A stretch of DNA of 64,000 bases from Haplodiscus bocki (Eukaryota), in the NCBI GenBank assembly GCA_965655095.1, contig OZ296648.1, forward strand, positions 150,908,001-150,972,000, given 5' to 3'. Below are positions 53,087-64,000 of the stretch, in pieces. Position 1 is the stretch's first letter. Each line of letters opens with the position of its first letter. A program made the position numbers and the translations under genes. A model generated the notes under the pieces. It had not been told where the DNA came from, ran no database searches, and saw nothing but the letters and a program-made list of their open reading frames with translations.

Positions 53087-54950
53087 TGGAATTTCAGTCA
53101 GTTCCAAATGCACACTTGCAAGAATTGATTTCCAGGTTGCACCGATTGAGTAACTAGGAAAACTGAGTCGATTGATTGGGACAATTTGAAAAACCTGATT
53201 CAAAGGGGGTACCGATTTGATTGTGGCGATGTAATGCACCGGAGTCGTTTTACATGCGTTCATGGCGGGTGACAGGACAAGAACGCTTGGATTAATGCAA
53301 AACGGTAAATTCGCAATTTGGTCGAAGGACGCATGCCTGACAATCAATGGCGGACAGACTGAGTACATTAGTTCGGCCATCGTTCTTATGATCCATCGTG
53401 GGGTTTCGGGAAATGAGGTGGTAGACAACAATTGAGGTGGTTTCGAAAATGAGGTGGAGTGTGGGGCTTCCGGAATAAAGACAGAGGAAACGGAGCAAAT
53501 TCGACGTGCCGGAATGTCTTTGTTGAACTGCAACGACGTGAGGCAGAGCAGCGTTTCATCGGTAGTGGTCAAAAACGTTTTGCGGCATAGTTTTACTCGA
53601 TTACTTCCCGTGCATTGTGGTAGTGCAGACGCGGCTAATTCTGCGAAATTGGTATTGCCTGTTGCAATCGCAACGTAGGGTTTCAGGAAATGGTAAACGG
53701 ATGCTGTCTTGCAGTCTTTGTTCGGTTGATACGAAGGTTCGGCTGGAAAAGAGTTGTAGGTCGCGGACTTGGAGAAAATTGGGAGGCCATGGAAGTGGAA
53801 TTAACATTGTGACTTGTAATACATTTGTGGTTAAAAGTAGATGGCTTCGAATCCCGATGGTATAGCTGATGTCTGTTCGCTACCTTTGAAATTTTTCAGC
53901 AATCATCTGTTGCACGAATTTAGCAACTTGTGTGGGCAGCAAGAATTGTAGAGTAATGTGTCCCGTGGCAAAAGATGAAATGGTTCAGGAAAAATTATTT
54001 CTATAAGGATAAAATGCGGCACGAAAGGCTTAAAAACCTGTATCAATTCGTAACAGGTACAGTTATGAAGATTGAAGAAAGTGGCGATAGGCACTTGCGA
54101 ATTGTTAACATCAGAACGCGTGTTCAAGAGTGTATATAGGTTCAAGCCTATACGAAACGTGTGTGTAAGTGTCTTCTTTGATTCGTTCAACACTTTCTTG
54201 GGTCAAACGGAATTCGTCTAGAAGTCTCGAAGTAGAGCAAGTTTTTCAATATTTTGATCTTGAACTGTTTGAAATGCCTGTGGTTGTGTCTTTTGTTGTT
54301 TGGTCACTTGATCGAGTTTTCGTTCTAAATTTCCAGTGGAATCACAGAGATTGATATTGGAGAGTGCATTGCAAGCTGCGTCTTTGATAGGTTCTCCCAG
54401 GATATATCCTGTACCAGCGGCAAGTGCTGCGACTGCACCAATAAGTCGTCGTGTTCTGCTGTGAGGTTCGTCTTCATCTTTTGAGCGTCCCCGTCTAGTA
54501 GTTCAAGGCGATGATTCTGGTGAGAAAAAGGATTCCGCAACATCACTCGAAATGTTGAGCTCAAGTTGGGCTTCATTAATTTCTTGCTTGAGTTATTCGT
54601 ACATCTTATCCATTTGCTGCGTAACTGGTATATGTGATTCAATAAAAGTGATTTTGTTGCATAATGCCCGTCCGAAGCGACATTGCATGCGAGAGAGCTT
54701 TTGATTGCTTTCAAGAAGAATGGCATGCACTCCATCTATGTTAACATCTGGTAGTGTCGAAAAAAGAGAAAAAAGTCGAACTTGGTTCTCGCTTTCAGAA
54801 GTTACAATTTGGTATTTAAAGACCAAAGCAGCTCCTCGTTCAGATTCCGGTAGCTGTTGTTTGTTCACAAGGGAATAATGTATGATGTTCGCAAAGGAAA
54901 GTGTTACCGAGATGCATATTAGTGTTGTGATCCTAAAAGAAGGTCCTCAT
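53087..54950 (-). pseudogene. env: Envelope class I fusion glycoprotein (F-like); no TM anchor visible
   Basis: Signal-like ITTLICISVTLSFA; RTRR|LIGAVAALAAGTGYILG at ~54457-54395; heptad region; ISSFATGHITLQFLLPTQV; Cys-rich ectodomain. Confidence 0.85.
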
Positions 54951-55439
54951 TATTTCTGATGATGAATTTTTTGTTTTGTCGAGGAGTTTATTAAGTTTTC
55001 TTTCTGACTGATTTTGGGTTTTTCTATAGGAAAAGTTATATCTTCTCACTATGTCTGGAAGGTATGACGTAAGAAGTGGTTGTGCTTTTCTTTGTGATGA
55101 CTTGTTAGTTGGAAACTGCATCTTAGACGTGTTTTCAGGAGGTGTTTTTTTAAGATTTCTGGCTGCAGCGTCCACAGTTTCCGTGAGGTTGTCGCGTGGT
55201 GATTGTCTTCCGTAGAGAGAGGCATTCTCAGATATGAGAGTTTGTATGTCGATTGGAGGAATCTTCGGTGATGGCATTGCAACGCCAATTTCTGGGTGTG
55301 GAGTAAATTGTTCTAGCACCGGTTATTACGAGAACACAGGAGGTAATCTCGGTACCTCTTATCTTGCCGGGGCAGAGGAAGTAGCTGATGTACGTTTACT
55401 TATTGTGATTGATGCGGTTGTTCGTCCTACGGCAGGTAT

Positions 55440-56700
55440 CGGTGTGAAACCACTAGACTATACTGGCAAGAAACTATGGCAATCATCGTGATTAAGTGTT
55501 CCATCTATGTGTTTGTGGGTGTCCGCTATGTTTTGAGTTGACTGAAAAATTCTTGGTTTGTTTCTTGTAGGTACACTGGACGTTGGTGGCGGCTCAAAGA
55601 ATGGTTTAAGTCGATCATAATGTACAAATTGTTTTTCAGGGGAATTTTCATCCGCGATTTTGAATGTGACATCTTTCAAAATTTTTTAATGATATACAGT
55701 CTTTTCTAAGGGCTTGCGCTTTTAGAAGTTGTTCCGTCAGCGATGGCTGGATGGTAGAATGAAATTTTGTCCTCCCCTTCAAGTTGAGCCGTGAAGTTTT
55801 CTACTGTAGAAAGCATTTCGGCGTTTTTGTATTTTGTTTATATTGTGCCGAACTAGCTGAATTGCTTGTTGAAATGCTTGCTGCTTATTGTGCACGATTT
55901 AGTGATTATCAGTGGTTTCATTTTCTTGTGGATTAGGATACATGCAGTCTAGAGGCAAACTTAATTCTTGTCCAGAAACTGAAACTGAGGTGTATAACCT
56001 GTCCATTCATGCACTGAAGATCGATAGGTCATCAAAACATAGGGCAAAAACTTTAACCAGTTGCTTTGCTTTTCATTTGCACATTTTGCGAACATATTTC
56101 ATAATGTTTTATTCGATTTTTTTAATCACTGCATTGGATTGTGCATGAAAGGGTGTGGTTCGAGTTGTATCCATTTCAAGAAGTTGCATTAAGTCTTCCA
56201 AGAGTTTTGATTTGATGTTTTGTCCCTTATTGCAACAAATGCTGTGTGGACAACCGAAGCGGCTGATCCAATGGTCAACTAAAGCGCCTGCAGTTGTGAC
56301 AGCTGTTTGATCTGGTAATAGTATTGATTCGTACCATTTTGTGAAGTAATCTACAAAGATTAGGATATGTCTGTTTCCATTTGACAAGGGCAAACGTCCC
56401 ATGAAATCAATTCCAATGTGGTGAAAAGGATAACTAGCTTACCATCTCACCAATGAATGATGAAATTTTTTGGGCGGTCTCGAACGTTTCTGATAATCTG
56501 GGCACCGGCTGACAAACAATTCTGCGTCTTCATGCAGTCCTGGCCGGTAGAATTTTTGTTTTGTTTTCTCTGAGGTTTTAGCAACCCCTAAGAGTCCAGC
56601 AATTTTTGATGAATGACACGCCGATAACATTTCGTGCGTCATTGATGGTGGTACTATTTGCTGTAACACAACTTCATAGTCTCCAGGTTCAAAAATTCAG
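55440..56700 (-). pseudogene. pol: Integrase (zinc-binding, core, C-terminal)
   Basis: CHSSKIAGLLGVAKT...CPDYQK; IGIDFMG.LP; VDYFTKW; TTPFHAQSNA; VHYDRLKPF. Confidence 0.92.
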
Positions 56701-57379
56701 CAAAAGATTCCATCGAGGAGTTGTGAACTCTTGAGTTGCTTGTTGATGCCAGGCGAACCTAGAGAGTCCTTGTAATTCTTCTGATGTGGGCAATTTTCCC
56801 TTTTCGATCCATTGGATAAGTTTGGACAATGCCTCATCTTGACCTTGTGCTTGGCCTTGCGCAGAGCGAGCACACTGCTACTTCACCCTGTTTCCGTGAT
56901 TGTTCCGTTTTGTTTCGATCAGAGACTGTGATGGTCAGGTTTGATTGTTCACAGATTTCCTTGATGAAGCGTTCAACTCTGTGCCATTTTGACCGATTAA
57001 ATCCACAACCGGCTTTTGGCCTACTGATTTGAGTGACTTTGTTTTATCAGCATGACTCTTCATTGCTTCTAATGATTGTCGCAAAATATCGTACGTTGGT
57101 ATTTGGAAAAAACGTTTCTTCGTAACTTAATGGTATATGAAGCGATCTTTTTGTTGCTGAACAAAAAATGAAGCGTTGACGCTCTCTGGGAAATTGTACG
57201 GAAACTTTCGCTTGAAACTTCGGGCAATTCCTGCGGACATTTTGAAGTCAGACAAAATGCAATGTTTTAGTGAGTCTATTGATTCAAAAAGGTTACCATT
57301 TTTATGAACGAGTTAAAAAAGTTTGTTTTCACTGGTTCATCTAGGTTTTCTTTGTTTTGACAAATAGTAACTTGATGTA

Positions 57380-58700
57380 CAATCGGTATTCCTGATAGTC
57401 CGTCGGTAAGACCAACACTTTTGCCTCGTCTGTGTTGTACCTCGTAATCAATTGCTGCTAACTTTTCGAGCTATCTTGCTGTTAGTCCAACTGGATCTCC
57501 AAAACTGTGCAACCACTGCATTGCAAGATGATCAGTTACTATATTGAGTTTTCTTCCAAGAGGGTAATGTTTGAAATGACGAGTGAAAGTTACTATAGCT
57601 AAACATTCACATTTTGTTGCAGAATAGTTGGTTTGAGATTTTGAAAATGCCCTATATGTGTAGCAAACAGCTTGGCTTTTTATGTCCTGCACTTGGGCTA
57701 ATACTGCTCCCAATGTTGTTAAAATTGCGTTAGTGTACAAAATGAATGGTTCTTTCACGTCCGGGAAAGCGAGAATTGGTGTTGATGACAAGTGTATCCT
57801 TAAACTCTCAAATGCTTCCTGTGTTTCTTCTGTCCAGGTGAACGAGCCCTTAGTCTCGCCAGCTTTGTGCAATGGTCGAGCTAACACAGCGAAAATTTTA
57901 ATGTACCGTCTACAATAGGAACGAAGTCCTAAGAACGATTTAACATCCGTCTGGTTTTGTGGTATTGGAAAATTTTGAGTTGCTTTGACTTTTTCAGGAT
58001 CGGCTTCCGATCCATTTTTGCCGATTACATGTCCTAAGAAACGAACTTTCGTTTGGGAAAAGGCACATTTTGTAGGATTGATTTTTAGATTCGCATCGCG
58101 GAACCTTTGGAAAAATTGTTGTAGTGTTTTAATGTGTTCTTCTGGTGTTTTTGAAAAAATGATGCAGTCATCCCAATAAGGCACGGTAATGTTCCGCGTG
58201 AGTCCAACAAGCACGTGTTACATTAAACTCTGAAATGTATTCGGACTGCCCGTCAATCCCATTGGCATTCGTTGCCATTGGAAGGGCCCAAAAGGTGTAC
58301 TGAATACTGTGTAGTTTTGACTTTCAGGTTCAATTGGCAACTGATAGGATCCCCAGGACAAGTGTATTGTTGTGAAGTAAGCACTTCCTTGAAGTGTATC
58401 AAAAAATTCTTTAATTGATGGTATCGGCCAACAAGACTTTATTGTTTGTTCATTCAGTTTTTGATGGTCTATTACTAATCGTGGTTTTCCATTCTTTTTC
58501 GGTACCAGCTTTGCTGGTGCACTGTAAGGACAATGACAAGGTGTGATCGATTTTTTGTCTTGAAGGCATCTGTTTTCTTTTTCCAATCGTTTGTATTGCT
58601 CTGGCATTCTTCTATTTGGTAGTTTTATTGATTGTGAGCCAGTATTGTTGTCTATTCTATGACTAGTTGCATAGCATTTACCGAGGTCCCATTGATTGCA
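57380..58700 (-). pseudogene. pol: Reverse transcriptase and RNase H
   Basis: LVPKKNGKPRLVIDHQKLN, RMPMGLTGSPNTFQ, YWDD, FLGHV, NYSATKCECLAIV, VTDH. Confidence 0.95.
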
Positions 58701-59200
58701 TTAGAAAACATCACTAAAGTCATCTATTAAGTTTCGAAAATCTGCTCTGCAGTTATTGACTTTTTCTTTACTAATTGCTTCTTTACTTTCTCTAAATCGT
58801 ACTTGGTGTCTGCTTTATTATAATGTTTCGTTTGTTTTTGATTTATTTCTCGCATCAGACGATCTGATACCAGCTGGGACGATCCCAGAGTTGTATTTTT
58901 GTAAACTGTTAAATCTACATCATTTCTATTTGCTATTGTGATAGGGACTATTCCTTTTTCGAAACTAAACAATGCATCTTGTGTTTTTTGATTTTCATTG
59001 TTTATTAAGCACTCGTGCGGTTGAAACAAAGTGACTCTCGCTACTGGTGGGGGTTTCCAATCAGGAATTTTGCCGGGCTCAATCATAACAGTATGTGGTG
59101 GAATTGAGACTTTCTCTAATGACACTACTCTATAAACTTGCTTTTCGTCGAACGAAAATTATTTTCTGTAAAGAGGGACCAATGTGTTTCTATCAATTTT

Positions 59201-59539
59201 TCATTTGCCTTCTGAAAATAGTGAGTCGCAGTTATTGGTTTCAAGAAAATCAAGCCCCAGTACACAATCTGTTGGTGCTTCCATTAAGACGTGAAATGTA
59301 TACTCGTACTTTTTGGGACCTATTTTGATTGGTACGGATACGGTGCCTTTAATTTGAATGGGCACCTGATTTGCAGTGCCGCGTCTTGTTGTACTTGGTT
59401 GTTTTTTGACTTGAAGATTTTCATTGATTTGATTGGAAAGTGTTTCGCTAAGAAATGATACGCTCGCTCCACTATCGCAAACGGCTGCTACCTTTTTGTT
59501 CAAAACTGCAATCTGTACATACAAACTTCGATGATCCAC
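59201..59539 (-). pseudogene. pol: Aspartic protease
   Basis: AVCDSGASVSF and VLGLDFL. Confidence 0.9.
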
Positions 59540-59619
59540 AACGGAATTGAGAAGCAGAGTGAGTGGGCCTTTGTTAGTGTGGTCTACGTGTTGACACTGG
59601 GACGTAGACTGGTCCAGTT

Positions 59620-60896
59620 TAAGGTATTTTGTTGCTGTGAGGAATTTGCATTGCAGTCCTGATTTTGTTTTCGCGAGTTTTGGTTAACATTCGAATTTTG
59701 TTGCCTATTGTTCTGATTTTGTCGGGGTGCTCTACATTCGCGAGACATATGTCCCAATCTTTCGCCAATAAAACAGGCTTGACAGTTCCGGGACTGGTGA
59801 TTCGTTCTGTTACAATATCTACATGATAGTTGGTTTGTGTTGTTTCTGTTTGGTTGCTGATTTGGTGTATTGCGATTATTGTTTTATCTGTTGTTTTGCT
59901 CACGGCCACTATTGTTGTATCTATTGTTTTGATTCTTGTTCTATCTATTGTTATTGTTTGAATTTCGGTAATTTCGAATTTGGTGTGTATTTGCACTTTG
60001 TCTATTTGGTCCGGGACCTGCAAAACAAACGGAACGGCCGTCGGTACAACTTGAACGTAAATTTGAAGAGTTTTGACTTTTTTGAGGTAAGGGTTTTTCA
60101 ATTTCATGTCGAATTGTTTGTATCAAAGTTGCCATCATATCTTCTTGTGAGCTGGATGCTGTTGCCATCAATAGTTGTGGTGGAGTGGCTGAAGCCATGT
60201 TTACTGTGGCCGGGGACCAACCTCTGAGACTGGGATCCAATTCCATGAAAGCATGCAGTTCGACTGCGACGGCCAGAGTACTGTCTGGATTGGCTGGTTT
60301 ACTCTTTCGTAGTTCCCATCTGAGTTGGGCATCGTCAAGTCCTTCGATCGAACCGGTTAGAACCATTTGTTCTTCGACGAGAGGTTGTCCTCTACAAACT
60401 CCCTAGCAAGTAAACGCACATCACAAAGAAACGCGGCAATTATTTAGTTTCGTTGTTGTCTGGTGGCTTCCAGTTTTGCTTTAAGAACTTCAACATTTGT
60501 GGTGTACGTGGTACGGAAAGCTGCTACTAACTGATCAAAGTTTTGTTGTGCTACTGTGCGTGTTGTATAGAAATGCAGAGCATTTCCTTTGAGCCTAAGT
60601 GCAAAATTATACGGTCGGTTATCAGTGGTGCCTGTTTGCCATGTTGAAAGTCTTGCTGCTGGTGTGAATTGTTGCAAATAGTCTTAAAAATCTACTTCAC
60701 CGGTGAAAGCTTCTGCCATTAAATACGACGAGAAGAATGCAAAAACTGCACCACCGGCGGTCGTTGACGCACTTGGTGCGGCGGGTGAGAGGAGAGTCAA
60801 AGATACGGAACCGCCGCAACCTGATCCTGATCGGGGTCCTCCACTACTATCTCTACTTGGTGATCTGGTTTTGAATGGAGGTGTTGACGACGACAT
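59620..60896 (-). pseudogene. gag: Gag with two zinc knuckles
   Basis: LRLKGNALHFY, LKAKLEATRQQ; CRYCNRTNHQSRNC and CFIGERLGHMSREC near 59720-59830. Confidence 0.88.
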
Positions 60897-61192
60897 TTTT
60901 TGATCACAAAACGTTCTTAAGTCTTGTTGAATATTGATCTAAAACATAAACAAACACGCACTGTTTTAAAGTTTTGTTCAACCAACTTATTTTTTTTTAC
61001 CAACCAGCACTTCTTTGGAGCCGGATGGAGTAATCTTAACTCAAATTGTTTGTATGAGCGACCGTTCGTAAAAGCAATCGTTCATAATTTGAAAGTTTTA
61101 ACGCCTACTTTGTATCAGCAACTGAAAATTGAAAGTTACGCAGTTTTACGTTTTATCAAGAAAACAAAAGAAGGAGGAAGTCGGAATCTCAC

Positions 61193-61211
61193 AATCCCAA
61201 CCTTGTCACCC
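61193..61211 (-). promoter_or_regulatory. Primer-binding site (tRNA-Leu/Ser-like 3' end)
   Basis: Minus strand gggtgacaaggttgggatt, 4 nt inside the LTR; the plus strand reads like a tRNA 3' end (aatccca...gtcacc). Confidence 0.6.
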
Positions 61212-61215
61212 TTTT

Positions 61216-61699
61216 TGTCACAATTGTTTGTGATTATTTTTACTTTTTGCTCGATTGGCTTATTTTTGTTCTTCCTTAACTACACGTATTAGAGAAATCA
61301 CTCTATGTCGTTTGGTATTAAGTGCGAGACCTCAAGTTCACAACCATGCATTAGTCAATACAGCAGACCTTGCAAGTTCTACTTGTTTTCTGAGAGAGAG
61401 AAGCTACGCTGGTACCTTACCGCCTCTATGCTCACGGCTTTCAATCAATCTCTCGCTGACCAGGACCTAAGCGGGCCTCTACATAATTTGTCCGCCCGGT
61501 ACAGAGTGAATTTCAGTAATATCTACTATCACCTCTGTGCAAGCGAAATGTTTCTTCGTTCCTCAATATCTAAATTCTGTAACTTTTATTACTGGGGGTT
61601 GTGGTTTTGACTTTCTATCTTTTCAAATTTTAGCAAGCTTTGAAAAATTTCGTCTTTCTCTAGTTTTCTTTCGTATGCGCGTTTCTGGTTCTCGTCACA
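61216..61699 (-). mobile_element. 5' LTR (copy B, 484 bp, TG...CA)
   Basis: Adjacent to the PBS and upstream of gag; repeat of 48943-49427. Confidence 0.88.
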
Positions 61700-64000
61700 C
61701 ATATGATTTTGTTAGTAGTGAGTCTGGGATTACTCTAATACTATTGAATTGAAAAAGCAGTTTAAACTGTTTAAACGTTACTGAGAAGGGACTTTTTGAA
61801 GCTTGCTATAATGAAAGTAAAAGGAACAAGCTTATGAACCTGGTTGAAATTTTTCTTTTCGTTAAGATACTGTTTAAGCAAATTTATGTTTTACAAAGAA
61901 TGAAAATTATTCAAATAATAGTTGTAGAACTCACGACATTTTTTTTGTGATCAAAAAAATAGTTGTCGAGTTGAAGAAGCAATATCGTATGGATCGGAAA
62001 TTGTATTGTTTGTCTTCTTCTGTTGTCTTAGGACAGTAGATTCGTTGATATTGATATTTGGTGAAAAAGAACAGAGGCGTTGGAGGTGGTTTGTACAAAA
62101 CGTTTCGCAGATTTTTGAACTTTGTCAGACGTCTAACGTCTGACGAGGAAAAATTTTGAATTGTTGACAATTGAAACAGGCAACTGAATTTTATCGCAGG
62201 TGAGTCTGTGAACTGATGGTTTTGGATATTTTGAGCTCTGATCGTTTTTGCTTGCCCTTGTCTGGTATGATCAAGCCGACATGCTCTACCTTTTTTTAGA
62301 AGTAACTATCTTTGGCATAGTTGTCCAAGGAGCCGACTCGAAAGTAACTATTCTTGTTTTAGCTAATGGAATTTTGGAACGCGGACAAATTTTCTTAGTT
62401 GGTTTTTGAAGTAACAAATTTGATCGAAAAAAAAGTTGATAGTTACAAATTTTGGAAAGTAACTGAATTTTGATAGCTACTAAATTTAATCTAGCTGGTG
62501 CTTTCTCATGACGTTCGTCAATTTGAAGTGTGGCGGCCATCTCCAAAACAGAATTTCTTTCGTCAAGAGGATAATTCTAGACAATCTTCTGAAGTGGCTG
62601 GCATGATGAAATAATGCCATCAATAGCGATGTGACCACATGTTTTATCTAAAGCACTAGTGGAGCGAGTTCATTTATTTAAATATAAAAAGCACCTGGTT
62701 ACGTGGTTGAAATATGTGCGTAAAATCTGCAAGTTTTGGCATGTTTAAGTTCGTGTTTAAGTTTAACGTTGTTCAATAATTCTTCATTCTTTCATATTTG
62801 GCATTGTCATAAAAGCGTCCTATATCAATGATGGTAATGTTTATCAGCAATCGAAGATCGATCAGTTTCCTAATAAGTTAAATTTCAGGAAATTTCCCAA
62901 AAGTATTTTGAACAACAGAACTTTTCTTGAATTGGTGAATATCGAAAACCTTTTCCCAGAATCAGATGTGAGGTAAAGTTTCCCATAATGAGAGATTGAA
63001 ACTTGATTTGAGGTATAGCAGTGTTGACGAATGCCAGTGTTACAGCAACAAAAGTGAATTGAATCGCATTTTTCTGGTGTGTCTTTCAGCAGCTAGAAAT
63101 TTGAATTTTGACAGTTCTTGATTTTTCCAGCCTCAAGGACTCCATAAAATCAATGCTTTCAAGCAGTTCATAAAATGCCGATTGTAGAAAATCAGTTTAA
63201 TGTTGATTTTGATTCGTTTCTTGTGAATTGTCGAAGAATTCTTTGATCGCTTCGGCAAAAGCTAAATAAATAACTTTTTGACTCATGGAGTTCGTCAAAT
63301 TTATGAAGTTTAATGTCAGGGTTTTATTTGGTATTGTATGGTCCAGTACTGTACAGTAGTAGTCTGTCCGTCACTAAGCGTCATTCGTGCAGACAAGAAA
63401 CTAAAATAGGCAAAAGGGAGACGGAAAATGGTCTCACTATTAGGAAGCTGCTAAGCTTTCAAAAAAGAGTTCGCTAATGAACTAAACAATTTCAGGCAAT
63501 CGTATTCAGGTCAAAAGGGTTAGGAAGCATGTGTAAATGGTTTTTCTGAATAGTAAGTTTAAGGTCAGGGTTTTATTTGGTATTGTATGGCATTTCACCA
63601 GAACTAAAATCCGCACGATTTCAATGCATGAGAAAGTGAGTAAAACCTTAATGTGTAGAAGACAACTATTTTGAGAAGTTTTTGTTACGATTTTATCAAA
63701 CGTTATCGAAGACACGGAGAAGCAGATTAGGTTTTGATTGATTTTTTACCTATTTTTTTACATGGATCTAAACTTAAAGCTAAATGTTGTCGGTCTACAC
63801 GTGAATGGAAATTAAATGGACTTGGAACTCTATATTCATCACAGAAAGTTCAAGGTTTTTCAGATCGAGTTGTTTGAGGTGAAGGTAATCTCCGTGAAGT
63901 AGAAGTTAGTTTTGAAGTTGTAGTTTCAGCATCATTATTAAGAGTATTTGAGTGAATATATTTGTTCAACTCTCAATATAACAGCAAGGAAAGGATAGGA

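Larger units (their letters stand above)
51052..61699 (-). mobile_element. Gypsy/Ty3 LTR retrotransposon with env (endogenous retrovirus-like), degraded
   Basis: 5' LTR, PBS, gag with CCHC knuckles, PR-RT-RH-IN domain order, env and 3' accessory ORFs. Confidence 0.93.

Noticed and set aside
60703-60903. Plus-strand ORFs opposite gag, pol and the RING genes (also 51316-51618, 57682-57918, 59823-60227)
   Set aside because: Antisense shadows of minus-strand coding sequence.

Overview
AT-rich, repeat-saturated eukaryotic (probably invertebrate animal) DNA. I recognise no intact host gene, and nearly all coding sequence is pseudogenised. In order: (1) 1-~4600, the degraded end of a Polinton/Maverick-like element; (2) an unidentified background of degraded, apparently intronless gene-like sequence, split by later insertions (4.6-8.4, 15.6-23.6, 46.8-48.9, 49.4-51.0 and 61.7-64 kb); (3) 8377-13526, a candidate ~5 kb solo LTR containing a 59-bp minisatellite; (4) two Helentron/DINE-1-like elements carrying a ~116-bp satellite (13676-15623, and from 23607 with a 12.5-kb array); (5) ~36370-46790, a Polinton-like virus relic with terminal inverted repeats, packaging ATPase, minor and major capsid, adenain protease and pPolB, but no visible integrase; (6) ~51050-61699 (minus strand), a Gypsy/Ty3 element with gag, pol and a class I fusion env (RTRR|LIGAVAALAAG), followed by an unusual 3' accessory cassette of two RING-finger genes and two tandem copies of an unrecognised domain. 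Its 484-bp LTR plus ~1.6 kb of flank is duplicated at 48943-51050. All translations and alignments were done by eye, so boundaries and identities are approximate.
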